Shown in pieces: positions 9,698 through 17,369 of a stretch of 18,201 bases of DNA. The position numbers and the translations under genes are program-made. Position 1 is the first letter of the stretch. Every line of letters begins with the position of its first letter. Source of the stretch: Gammaproteobacteria bacterium (GTDB lineage: Bacteria; Pseudomonadota; Gammaproteobacteria; UBA4575); assembly GCA_965221955.1 (NCBI GenBank), contig CBDCTA010000019.1, positions 1 through 18,201 of the forward strand, read 5' to 3'. The notes beneath the pieces are model-generated. The model ran no database searches. It was not told the origin of the DNA and was given only the letters and a program-made list of their open reading frames with translations.

Positions 9698-9733
9698 CGT
9701 AAATCTATTCTAACCAAGCATAATAGATTTACG
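9698..9733. terminator. 12-bp stem-loop between convergent merC-like and nhaA; probable terminator
   Basis: CGTAAATCTATT (9698-9709) / AATAGATTTACG (9722-9733) perfect inverted repeat 2 nt after the nhaA stop; U-tract is weak. Confidence 0.55.
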
Positions 9734-9735
9734 AG

Positions 9736-10933
9736 TTAGTTCATATTACTTGAATTTGATTTCAGACTAGTACGTAAAATAAAATATCCGTATATACCTG
9801 AAGCGAGAGAACCAATAAGAATTCCTATTCTTTCATCTATCAAATAATTTGCACCTGTCTCCTCAAAGGCAAGCGAGCCGATAAACAAGCTCATCGTAAA
9901 TCCAACACCACAGAGCGCAGCAGTTCCATACAAGGAAAGCCATGAGATTTCTTCAGGAATTGTTGTTAAGCGTAATTTGATCCCCAACCAACAGAATAAA
10001 AATATGCCTATTTGGTTTCCAAAAAACAATCCAAGTGCGATTCCTAGAGGAATCCCATGTAATAGTTGCTCCAGTCCAAAATTCGAGAAATTAACACCTG
10101 CATTGCAAAAGGCAAAAATTGGTAGAATTATTAATGCAACGGTTGAATGCAAATCTTGCTCTAAACTTTTGAGAGGTGAAGTTTCCTGATTTGATTTTGC
10201 ATAAAATGGAATAAATAAAGCTAAAATTACACCTGCAAGTGTCGCATGCACGCCTGATTTTAACATTGCTACCCACATAACAATGCCAAAAATAATATAT
10301 ATACTTTTATCCGTTATCCCTTTTTTATTTAATACAAATAAAATTAAACAAGTTACTGCAACGATTAACAACGCAACAATTGAAATTTTACTCGTGTAAA
10401 ATAATGCAATGATCAGGATAGCCCCTACGTCATCAAAAATCGCCAATGATGTTAAAAATACTTTTAAACTAATGGGAAACCCTAGAACCTAATAAAGACA
10501 AAATCCCCAATGCAAATGCAATATCGGTTGCAGCTGGTATAGCCCAACCTTGTAGAGCAACAGGATCGTCATAATTTAACCAGACATAAATTAATGCTGG
10601 CACAAGCATTCCACCCAGAGCGCCTAGTGCTGGTAAAACAATTTTTTTTCGTTCGGATAGCTCACCTTCAATAAATTCTCGCTTTAGCTCTAAACCAATC
10701 AAAAAGAAAAATATGGCCATCAAGCCATCATTTACCCAAAGAAGAAGAGGTTTATAGATTTCTAATTGACCCACTTTAATTGCTACCGGCGTGTCGATGA
10801 GCATTTGGTAGTAAACATTTAATGGCGAATTGGCCACAAGAATCGCAAGGAACGCCGTTGTTACCAAAAAGATTCCAGCAAAAGACTCTTGCTGAATATA
10901 TTTTGCAAAAAAGGCGTTATTAGAATTTTTCAT
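9736..10933 (-). CDS. nhaA: Na+/H+ antiporter NhaA; +1 frameshift as sequenced at 10477-10479
   Basis: WVNDGLMAIFFFLIGLELKRE, GWAIPAATDIAFALG, AIFDDVGA, KSGVHATLAG, LCGVGFTMSLFI. Deleting one T gives GSRVPISLKVFLTSLAIFDD and fuses ORFs 10469-10933 and 9736-10446. Confidence 0.93.
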
Positions 10934-10938
10934 AATGA

Positions 10939-11838
10939 CTAATTGAATAGTTCTTCCCGTGCGGTTTCAGTAATACACATTACGCCTGGGTGTTTTAATT
11001 TTCTTTCTGGCGAAATGGCATAATACGATTCATTCAATTCATCTACTGTCCCGATCAAACTTGCGTTGTACATATGTTCAACATGCTCAGATATGGCAGT
11101 GGGTGCAGGAAAAACTCCTACACCCGCACTTCCAAATGCTTTGAGCAAGGCACTATCGTCAAATTCTGAAATTATATTCAGATCAATTTCTTGTTGATCG
11201 AACCAATCTTCCAAACTCCTTCGAAGTACATTAGTTTTAACAGGCATGAGCATAGGTGCATTATCTAATGAGGTTGGAAAATTTTTACGAAATGATTTTG
11301 CAAGTTTCCTTTCTGCAAAAAACGAAATCGTGCTATTTCCTAGCACATGGTTATACGCTTTTACGTGCAAACCTGGCGGAAGTGGCCTATCAGATAAAAT
11401 AAGGTCTAATTTATGCACTGCAAGATCACCTAGAAGTTTCTCAAGGTTACCCTCATGGCAAATAACTCGTACAGGATCCTCGAGCTCAAGTACAGGCTCA
11501 AGTATTCTGTAAGCAATTAACTTAGCGATTGAAAATACAACTCCCACATTTAATTCAAGAGATTTACCTGGCTCTTTGCTTTTTAAACGCTGCGATAACT
11601 CTGCGCCTAAAGAAAATATTTCATCAGCATATAAATGAACTATCTGACCCGTATCAGTCAACATTAGGCCACGCCCCTTTCGCTGAAAAAGCGCAGATCC
11701 TACAGAATCTTCTAATAGCTTGAGTTGACCACTAATTGTTTGTGGAGTGATATGTAGAACTTCAGAAGCTTTAGCAATACTCCCCTCACGCGCAACGGTC
11801 CAAAAATAATGTAGATGGTTGTAGTTTAAATGCCGCAT
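10939..11838 (-). CDS. nhaR: LysR-family transcriptional activator NhaR
   Basis: LNYNHLHYFWTVAREGSI...TPQTISGQLKLLE HTH; EFDDSALLKAFG; 5 nt upstream of nhaA. Confidence 0.92.
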   Translation of the reverse strand: MRHLNYNHLHYFWTVAREGSIAKASEVLHITPQTISGQLKLLEDSVGSALFQRKGRGLMLTDTGQIVHLYADEIFSLGAELSQRLKSKEPGKSLELNVGVVFSIAKLIAYRILEPVLELEDPVRVICHEGNLEKLLGDLAVHKLDLILSDRPLPPGLHVKAYNHVLGNSTISFFAERKLAKSFRKNFPTSLDNAPMLMPVKTNVLRRSLEDWFDQQEIDLNIISEFDDSALLKAFGSAGVGVFPAPTAISEHVEHMYNASLIGTVDELNESYYAISPERKLKHPGVMCITETAREELFN

Positions 11839-11893
11839 TTGAGTGTTTTGTTTTTATATTACCTAGCCATAATACTCATATTTAATTGTAAGG

Positions 11894-12015
11894 TATATTC
11901 GTATTATGAGTATATTATATTCGATATTCCCGATGTATTAGCAACTAACCGCTTTTTTAGCCCAATTATTTTCATCTCATCTAGTTAAACCGATGTATTA
12001 CCTAAAAATAAACGA
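11894..12015. promoter_or_regulatory. Putative LysR (NhaR) operator region of the divergent promoter
   Basis: TCG-N7-CGA (T-N11-A) at 11921-11933; TATATTCG at 11894 and 11916 (22-bp period); CCGATGTATTA at 11930 and 11990; CGA half-sites at 11991 and 12013 (22-bp period). Confidence 0.6.
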
Positions 12016-12074
12016 ATTGTTATGAAACGGATTGATGATTACGCTAAACACAATTTCAACAATCACTAAAACAT

Positions 12075-12464
12075 ATGCAACTTATTATTCAATCACACAA
12101 TGTAGAGATTACAGATCATTTACGCAGACACACAGAAAATAGAATTAACGATCTATTTTCTAACATAAGCAAAAGAGTCCAAAAAGTTTATGTTCGATAT
12201 TTCAAATCAAACAACAAAAATAATGTGACTTGTCAAATACATATCCAAACACGCGCTCTTCCAACAATTGTTTCCGAATTTCACGCTGATAGTGTCTATT
12301 TAGCTATAGAGTACGCAGCACTTCGGGCGAAAAGAAATGTAGTCAGAAGATTTGCAAAGTTAGAAAAATTATTAAATAAAATTTCTATCTTAAAAAAGCA
12401 AAAATCTAGCAAAAAGATACTCAGATTACCAAATCATAATCCGCAACTAACAAGAGAACTTTAA
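12075..12464 (+). CDS. HPF/RaiA-family ribosome-associated protein (paralogue 1)
   Basis: MQLIIQSHNVEITDHLRRHTENRI...VQKVYV...CQIHI...DSVYLAIEYAALRAKRNV matches the S30AE/HPF pattern; basic C-terminal tail. Confidence 0.75.
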   Translation: MQLIIQSHNVEITDHLRRHTENRINDLFSNISKRVQKVYVRYFKSNNKNNVTCQIHIQTRALPTIVSEFHADSVYLAIEYAALRAKRNVVRRFAKLEKLLNKISILKKQKSSKKILRLPNHNPQLTREL

Positions 12465-13141
12465 TGAAAATTATGAGCACAAATATTCGCAATAAATTTT
12501 TATACTTTTTTTTAATTATAGCCATACTGCCAATAGCAGCGTTTGCAGATATAAAAAAGATAAACAAGGACATCACACCTACAAAAGTTGATAGCATCAG
12601 TGTTGATGAGTTAGTAGAAAATATTCTAAAAAGTACTGAAGATGCTCTTGTAAACGTCGAATCTAATCCACAGAGTTCACTTCTTTCTGTCAAGAAAGCA
12701 ATTACTAAAGTAGAAATGCTGAAAGATCAATTATCGCATGACACGCATGCAGAAAATAAAAGTCCATTAATCATCAATGGCTCAAAAGAATATTGGTTTA
12801 TTTACCCACCTGTAAGCAATGATGTTTTACAAGACAAGACAACATTTCCAACTATATATTCAAAGTTGAAAAATGGGATTATGTATCAAGGAAATAATAA
12901 TAAGCAAAATGGTTCAAGTGCTGCATATTTTGACTATGCATTTGCTAAAGCAAGCTTATTAACTGCGCGTGAAGCTTTAGTCGCTGAGAATACACGTGAA
13001 GCCATAAGTTCCTTGAAATGGGTATTTGAAGCAATCTACATGAACCCTAATTTTTATGTTGCTGATTTAAATGATGTATTAATGATTGATAAATTAATCA
13101 ACTCTAAGACCAATCACTCATTTTTTTCTCAATCTAATTAA
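12464..13141 (+). CDS. Secreted/periplasmic helical protein, YfdX-like
   Basis: Signal peptide (...ILPIAAFA/D); helical segments TEDALVNV...LLSVKKAITKVE and AKASLLTAREAL...EAISSLKWV resemble YfdX repeats; TAATG stop/start overlap with the upstream gene. Confidence 0.55.
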   Translation: MKIMSTNIRNKFLYFFLIIAILPIAAFADIKKINKDITPTKVDSISVDELVENILKSTEDALVNVESNPQSSLLSVKKAITKVEMLKDQLSHDTHAENKSPLIINGSKEYWFIYPPVSNDVLQDKTTFPTIYSKLKNGIMYQGNNNKQNGSSAAYFDYAFAKASLLTAREALVAENTREAISSLKWVFEAIYMNPNFYVADLNDVLMIDKLINSKTNHSFFSQSN

Positions 13142-13203
13142 CTCGGAATTACAACACTATTAACACATTAATATACATATTAGCGAAAAAAGGAAATAAG
13201 GAC

Positions 13204-13308
13204 ATGATTTGCAAAAAATGCTTTAACTGTCAATTGTGGGGGGAGTTGGCAGCACTCACAACAGGTATGGCGCTAACATTTGGATTAATTTTACTGTTAT
13301 TTACATGA
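13204..13308 (+). CDS. 34-aa membrane microprotein with N-terminal CxxCxxC
   Basis: Hand translation MICKKCFNCQLWGELAALTTGMALTFGLILLLFT*; AGGA SD at 13191-13194, 9 nt before the ATG; fills the gap between same-strand genes; below the ORF-track size cutoff. Confidence 0.6.
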   Translation: MICKKCFNCQLWGELAALTTGMALTFGLILLLFT

Positions 13309-13355
13309 CTAATTTAATTTCAATTAGCTTTAGTATTCACAAAGATATTTAGCCG

Positions 13356-13841
13356 ATGTTAAGAACAGAAGACATATTTGAGGAAATTTTAAGAGATCAC
13401 ATATTTTTTTCAAAATACGATATGAGATCTCTTCAAAATAGATACCAACAAGCACAAGGCTCAAATCTTATATGTGGCGATTCTATTACAATATATTTTA
13501 GTAAATTCCAGGACACGTTGCATAATATTAGCTTTACAGGCAAGTGCTGTTCATCAACTAAAGCCTCTGCATCTATAATGGCTGATGAACTTAATGGTCA
13601 AACATTTGATTACGCACAACTATTATTTAACCGTATCAAGAAACTTATCTCCAATGAAATTAATGACCATAAATCATTTGATGTTCTAATAAGGAAGCTT
13701 TGCGATATATCTAAAAATAAACACCAACATTCAGTATATGACTGCGTGTTATTACCATGGGAGACAATGATTAATGCAATTCAAAAAGATAATGATTCAA
13801 AAACCCAACAGAAAAGAAACTTTTCTCTCTATTTATACTAA
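13356..13841 (+). CDS. SufU-like (NifU_N/IscU family) Fe-S assembly/sulfurtransfer protein
   Basis: GSNLICGDSITIY, SFTGKCCSSTKASASIM and DCVLLPW supply the three conserved Cys and the CGD Asp; insertion between Cys2 and Cys3 as in SufU; no LPPVK motif of IscU. Confidence 0.8.
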   Translation: MLRTEDIFEEILRDHIFFSKYDMRSLQNRYQQAQGSNLICGDSITIYFSKFQDTLHNISFTGKCCSSTKASASIMADELNGQTFDYAQLLFNRIKKLISNEINDHKSFDVLIRKLCDISKNKHQHSVYDCVLLPWETMINAIQKDNDSKTQQKRNFSLYLY

Positions 13842-13940
13842 TCTACTACTTCTTACATAACACTAACTATTTTGCTAACAATTCCCATGCTATTAACTAC
13901 TCCCTCCCCCGAAGTGCTGTTTGCACTTCTTAAACCAGTT

Positions 13941-13969
13941 GCCCCAGTTATTTCGATAATAACTGGGGC
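13941..13969 (+). terminator. 12-bp perfect hairpin, probable intrinsic terminator or 3' end of a small RNA
   Basis: GCCCCAGTTATT-TCGAT-AATAACTGGGGC followed by A/T-only TATAATATATTTT; preceded by a second hairpin GAAGTGC-TGTTT-GCACTTC (13911-13929). Confidence 0.6.
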
Positions 13970-14068
13970 TATAATATATTTTAAAAATATTTACTTAAGT
14001 TTAATTCAATTAGTATCACAAACCTATGTAACTTACGCTTAAAAAATTGAATTAATAGGTGATAAATT

Positions 14069-14440
14069 TTGCAAGAAATTAATATACAAACACATGGTTT
14101 AAAGCTAAATGAACCAATAAAAAAACATATTTTGCAACGTCTTCATAGCGTGTTTGGCTATGATAAAGACAAAGTACATAAAATTGTAATAAGTCTATTT
14201 GATAAAAATTCAGATTATAGTCACTCTGAAATATCTTGTTTTATTAGAATTTATATTTACAACCAAGTCCCAGTCGAAACCAAACTAAACTCATTAGATT
14301 TATTTTCCGCTATAACACTAGCAATTGAACATGCAAAAATTAAACTTGATCAGTCTATAAATAAGGCACATAAAGAGAAAAAACGCATTCGAATAAACGA
14401 AAAAACCATTAGATATGGCTCATATAGAATTTATCAATAA
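14069..14440 (+). CDS. HPF/RaiA-family ribosome-associated protein (paralogue 2)
   Basis: TTG start with AGGTGA SD 6 nt upstream; INIQTHGLKLNEPIKKHILQRL...KIVISL...CFIRI...DLFSAITLAIEHAKIKL. Confidence 0.72.
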   Translation: MQEINIQTHGLKLNEPIKKHILQRLHSVFGYDKDKVHKIVISLFDKNSDYSHSEISCFIRIYIYNQVPVETKLNSLDLFSAITLAIEHAKIKLDQSINKAHKEKKRIRINEKTIRYGSYRIYQ

Positions 14441-14503
14441 CCTACGTATTTCTCTTCAGCTTAAAGCGCTTATATAGAATAAAAATAATCATCCTTCTGC
14501 TCA

Positions 14504-14914
14504 CTAGTCCGCCTGCTCCGTCTTATATGGAAACTTAGAAGATCCATATCTCAGTGCAACGGATGCAACAGCTAACAATAATATGGCAGCTGCAAGCCAG
14601 ACAATGTCTACCGCATTCAGCTCCTTCATTCCCAAAATAATATAACGCGTGATAGCAACGATGGAAATATAGATCGGATAACGTACCGGAAGTTTACCAC
14701 TGGTGAAGTAGAGCCCTACCATGGTTAAAATTTCTAAGTAGATAAATAATAACAAGATGTCATGTAGTTCGACACGTCCTTGCTGATAGATAACATGCAA
14801 TTCTTGGCCTATGGCCACAATAGTAGCAAGAGTGATCAATACTAAACCAATACGCTCTATCAATAAGATAAAGCGCATGATGGGATGCGAATTGTCGAGT
14901 GTAGGTTTAGGCAT
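14504..14914 (-). CDS. psiE: Phosphate-starvation-inducible PsiE-family membrane protein
   Basis: DILLLFIYLEI...LPVRYPIYISIVAITRYII; GAGGT SD; four TM segments. Confidence 0.85.
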   Translation of the reverse strand: MPKPTLDNSHPIMRFILLIERIGLVLITLATIVAIGQELHVIYQQGRVELHDILLLFIYLEILTMVGLYFTSGKLPVRYPIYISIVAITRYIILGMKELNAVDIVWLAAAILLLAVASVALRYGSSKFPYKTEQAD

Positions 14915-14941
14915 GTTTTACCTCGAATTTGTATTTGTAAA

Positions 14942-15736
14942 CTAGAAGAACAGCTGTTTCAGTTTAGCGCCTGGATTCTCTGCAACCATAAAGGCTTCAC
15001 CCACTAAAAAGGAATTCACACCTTTTTCGGTCATAAGCGCAATGTCCTCTTTAGTGTGAATACCACTTTCAGTCACTACATGACAATCTTCAGGTATTTT
15101 AGAAAGCAGATTAAATGTTGTATCTAGCGATACATCAAAAGTGTGCAAATCACGGTTGTTAATGCCTATCATGGTTGGTTCGAGTTTGAGAGCACGATCC
15201 ATTTCTTCTTCATTGTGGACTTCCACCAAAACATCTAAACCTAATTCTTTGCCAAGTGCATAAAGTTCTGCCATTTGTTCATCTTCAAGTGCAGCAACAA
15301 TTAATAACAAGCAATCTGCATCTACTGCACGCGTTTCATATACTTGATAAGGATCAATAATAAAGTCTTTGCGCAATATAGGCAGCCAACAGGTTTTACG
15401 AGACAATTCTAAAATAGCACAAGAACCTTTAAAGAATTCACTGTCGGTTAATATCGATACACACGTCGCACCATTCATTTGGTAACTGGCTGCAATTTCC
15501 ATCGGGTTAAAGTTTTCCCGCAAAATACCCTTACTGGGTGAGGCGTGTTTAATTTCTGCAATCACCCCGGGCCGTTTTGCCGCTTGAGCACCGCGCAAAG
15601 CTCTTTCAAAACCACGTGGGGCAGGTGCTTCTTTCGCCATTTCTTGAAATTTTTCAAGTGGCATGTGCAGCTTGCGTTCTACAAGTTCTTTCTTTTTATG
15701 TTCTATAATTTTTGTGAGTATTTCAGGCTGATCCAT
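14942..15736 (-). CDS. trpC: Indole-3-glycerol phosphate synthase
   Basis: IAEIKHASPSKG, LRKDFIIDPYQ, LVEVH, GINNRDL, ESGI, FLVGEAFM. Confidence 0.97.
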   Translation of the reverse strand: MDQPEILTKIIEHKKKELVERKLHMPLEKFQEMAKEAPAPRGFERALRGAQAAKRPGVIAEIKHASPSKGILRENFNPMEIAASYQMNGATCVSILTDSEFFKGSCAILELSRKTCWLPILRKDFIIDPYQVYETRAVDADCLLLIVAALEDEQMAELYALGKELGLDVLVEVHNEEEMDRALKLEPTMIGINNRDLHTFDVSLDTTFNLLSKIPEDCHVVTESGIHTKEDIALMTEKGVNSFLVGEAFMVAENPGAKLKQLFF

Positions 15737-15741
15737 TGTCT

Positions 15742-16761
15742 TTAACTCATACTTTTTGTTAGTTCGATATATTGTTGGAATTTGTTTTTTGCGGCACCAC
15801 TGGCAATTGCCTCAGCTGCAAGCTGCACACCTTCTTCTAAGCTCGTAGCTTTATCACTGGCGTAAATGGCCGCCCCTGCATTGAGTTTTACGATATCTAA
15901 AGCCGCACCGACTTGATTATCAAAAACACTATTCACTATTTGCAAGCTTTGTGAGACATCGCTAGCGACGATATCCGCAAGACTACTCTCCTGTATGCCA
16001 AACTGTTTTGGGGCAATGTTATAGCGAGTGACTGAACCATCTTTTAATTCTGAAATTGTTGTCCCACTCGCAATACTAATTTCATCTAAACCATCTTCTG
16101 CATGCACCACTAATACATGCTTGCTACCTAAAGACTTCAATACATTGGCTAAGGGCTCTACCCATTGTGCGCTAAACACACCCAAGACTTGATGAGGCGC
16201 ATTTGCGGGATTTGTAAGGGGACCAAGCAAATTAAACATGGTGCGTGTGCCTAACTCTTTACGTGGGCCAATGGCATGCTTCATCGCACTATGATGTGCA
16301 GGCGCAAATAAAAAACCTATGCCCACTTCTTCAATACACTGGGCAACTTGTTCAGGCGTTAATTGTAAATTCACCCCCGCCGCTTCTAATAAATCAGCGC
16401 TGCCACTTTTACTGGATACAGAACGATTACCATGCTTCGCCACTTTCGCACCTGCTGCAGCAACGACAAAAGCTGCGGTTGTGGAAACATTAAAGGTACT
16501 TTTAGCATCACCCCCTGTACCGCAAGTATCGACTAGGTTTTCGGTTGATACATTGACTTTTGCTGAAAGTTCACGCATTACTGAAGCTGCGGCTGTGAGC
16601 TCTTCAACCGCTTCACCTTTCATGCGCAATGCGACGAGTAAACCTGCTACTTGTGCGGGAGTTGCTTCGCCTGACATCACTGTGCGCATCACGGTTGTCA
16701 TATCATCTCTAGCGAGATCATTGCCTTCAATTACGGTGTTGATTGCTTGTTGAATATCCAT
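15742..16761 (-). CDS. trpD: Anthranilate phosphoribosyltransferase
   Basis: [43 protein letters not shown]; ATG at 16761 (MDIQQAI) lies 10 nt after the trpG stop. Confidence 0.97.
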   Translation of the reverse strand: MDIQQAINTVIEGNDLARDDMTTVMRTVMSGEATPAQVAGLLVALRMKGEAVEELTAAASVMRELSAKVNVSTENLVDTCGTGGDAKSTFNVSTTAAFVVAAAGAKVAKHGNRSVSSKSGSADLLEAAGVNLQLTPEQVAQCIEEVGIGFLFAPAHHSAMKHAIGPRKELGTRTMFNLLGPLTNPANAPHQVLGVFSAQWVEPLANVLKSLGSKHVLVVHAEDGLDEISIASGTTISELKDGSVTRYNIAPKQFGIQESSLADIVASDVSQSLQIVNSVFDNQVGAALDIVKLNAGAAIYASDKATSLEEGVQLAAEAIASGAAKNKFQQYIELTKSMS

Positions 16762-16771
16762 AGTTTTTTTT

Positions 16772-17354
16772 TTAGTTTTGCCGAACAAAGTTAGTTAACA
16801 AATGATGACCAAAATCTGTAAGTATTGATTCAGGGTGAAACTGCACACCTTCAACAGCAAATTGTTTATGCCGTACTCCCATAATTTCATCTAACTCGCC
16901 TGATTCATTTTCTGTCCAGGCTGTTATTTCCAAACAATCTGGAATAGATTGTTTTTCGATAACGAGCGAGTGATAACGCGTTGCAGTAAAAGGGTTATCA
17001 CACTTTTCAAATACATGTTTATTGTGATGATGAACCAATGAAGTTTTACCGTGCATCACCTGTTGGGCTTTAACAATCTTACCACCGTAGGCTTGGCCAA
17101 TACTTTGATGACCTAAAACACACACCTAAAATAGGAATTTCTCCACCTAGTGCGGTAATGGTTTCTAATGAAACCCCCGCCTCATTTGGTGTGCATGGGC
17201 CTGGCGAAATGACAATATGATCTGGCTGAAGCATTTTAATTTCTTTAACGCCAATTTGATCATTACGTACCACTTTCACTTCCTCACCAATCTCACCTAA
17301 GTATTGCACTAGGTTGTAAGTGAATGAATCATAGTTGTCGATCATTAATATCAT
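16772..17354 (-). CDS. trpG: Anthranilate synthase component II (glutamine amidotransferase); +1 frameshift as sequenced at 17115-17118
   Basis: [31 protein letters not shown]; deleting one T restores the catalytic GVCLGHQ. Confidence 0.93.
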
Positions 17355-17369
17355 GATGTTAATTCACTT

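Noticed and set aside
13853-13888. Minus-strand 11-aa ORF MGIVSKIVSVM behind GGGGGAGGGAG
   Set aside because: SD spacing is long (11 nt), the peptide is tiny and there is no other support.
13887-14042. 51-aa hydrophobic plus-strand ORF (MLLTTPSPEVLFALLKPVAPVISIITGAIIYF...) in frame with sufU
   Set aside because: No SD; runs through two hairpins better explained as RNA structure; AT-rich DNA often translates as hydrophobic. Not fully excluded.
58-16753. Short alternative-frame or antisense ORFs in the track (e.g. 58-240, 1803-2054, 3314-3496, 4523-4864, 4759-5010, 7639-7863, 7925-8236, 11246-11512, 12421-12693, 16319-16753)
   Set aside because: They lie within or mostly overlap well-supported genes and show no recognisable motifs; shadow ORFs.
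16764-16773. T10 run between trpG and trpD as a phase-variable tract
   Set aside because: Essentially intergenic spacer in a housekeeping operon; length change would not shift a frame, and run length is unreliable in this assembly.
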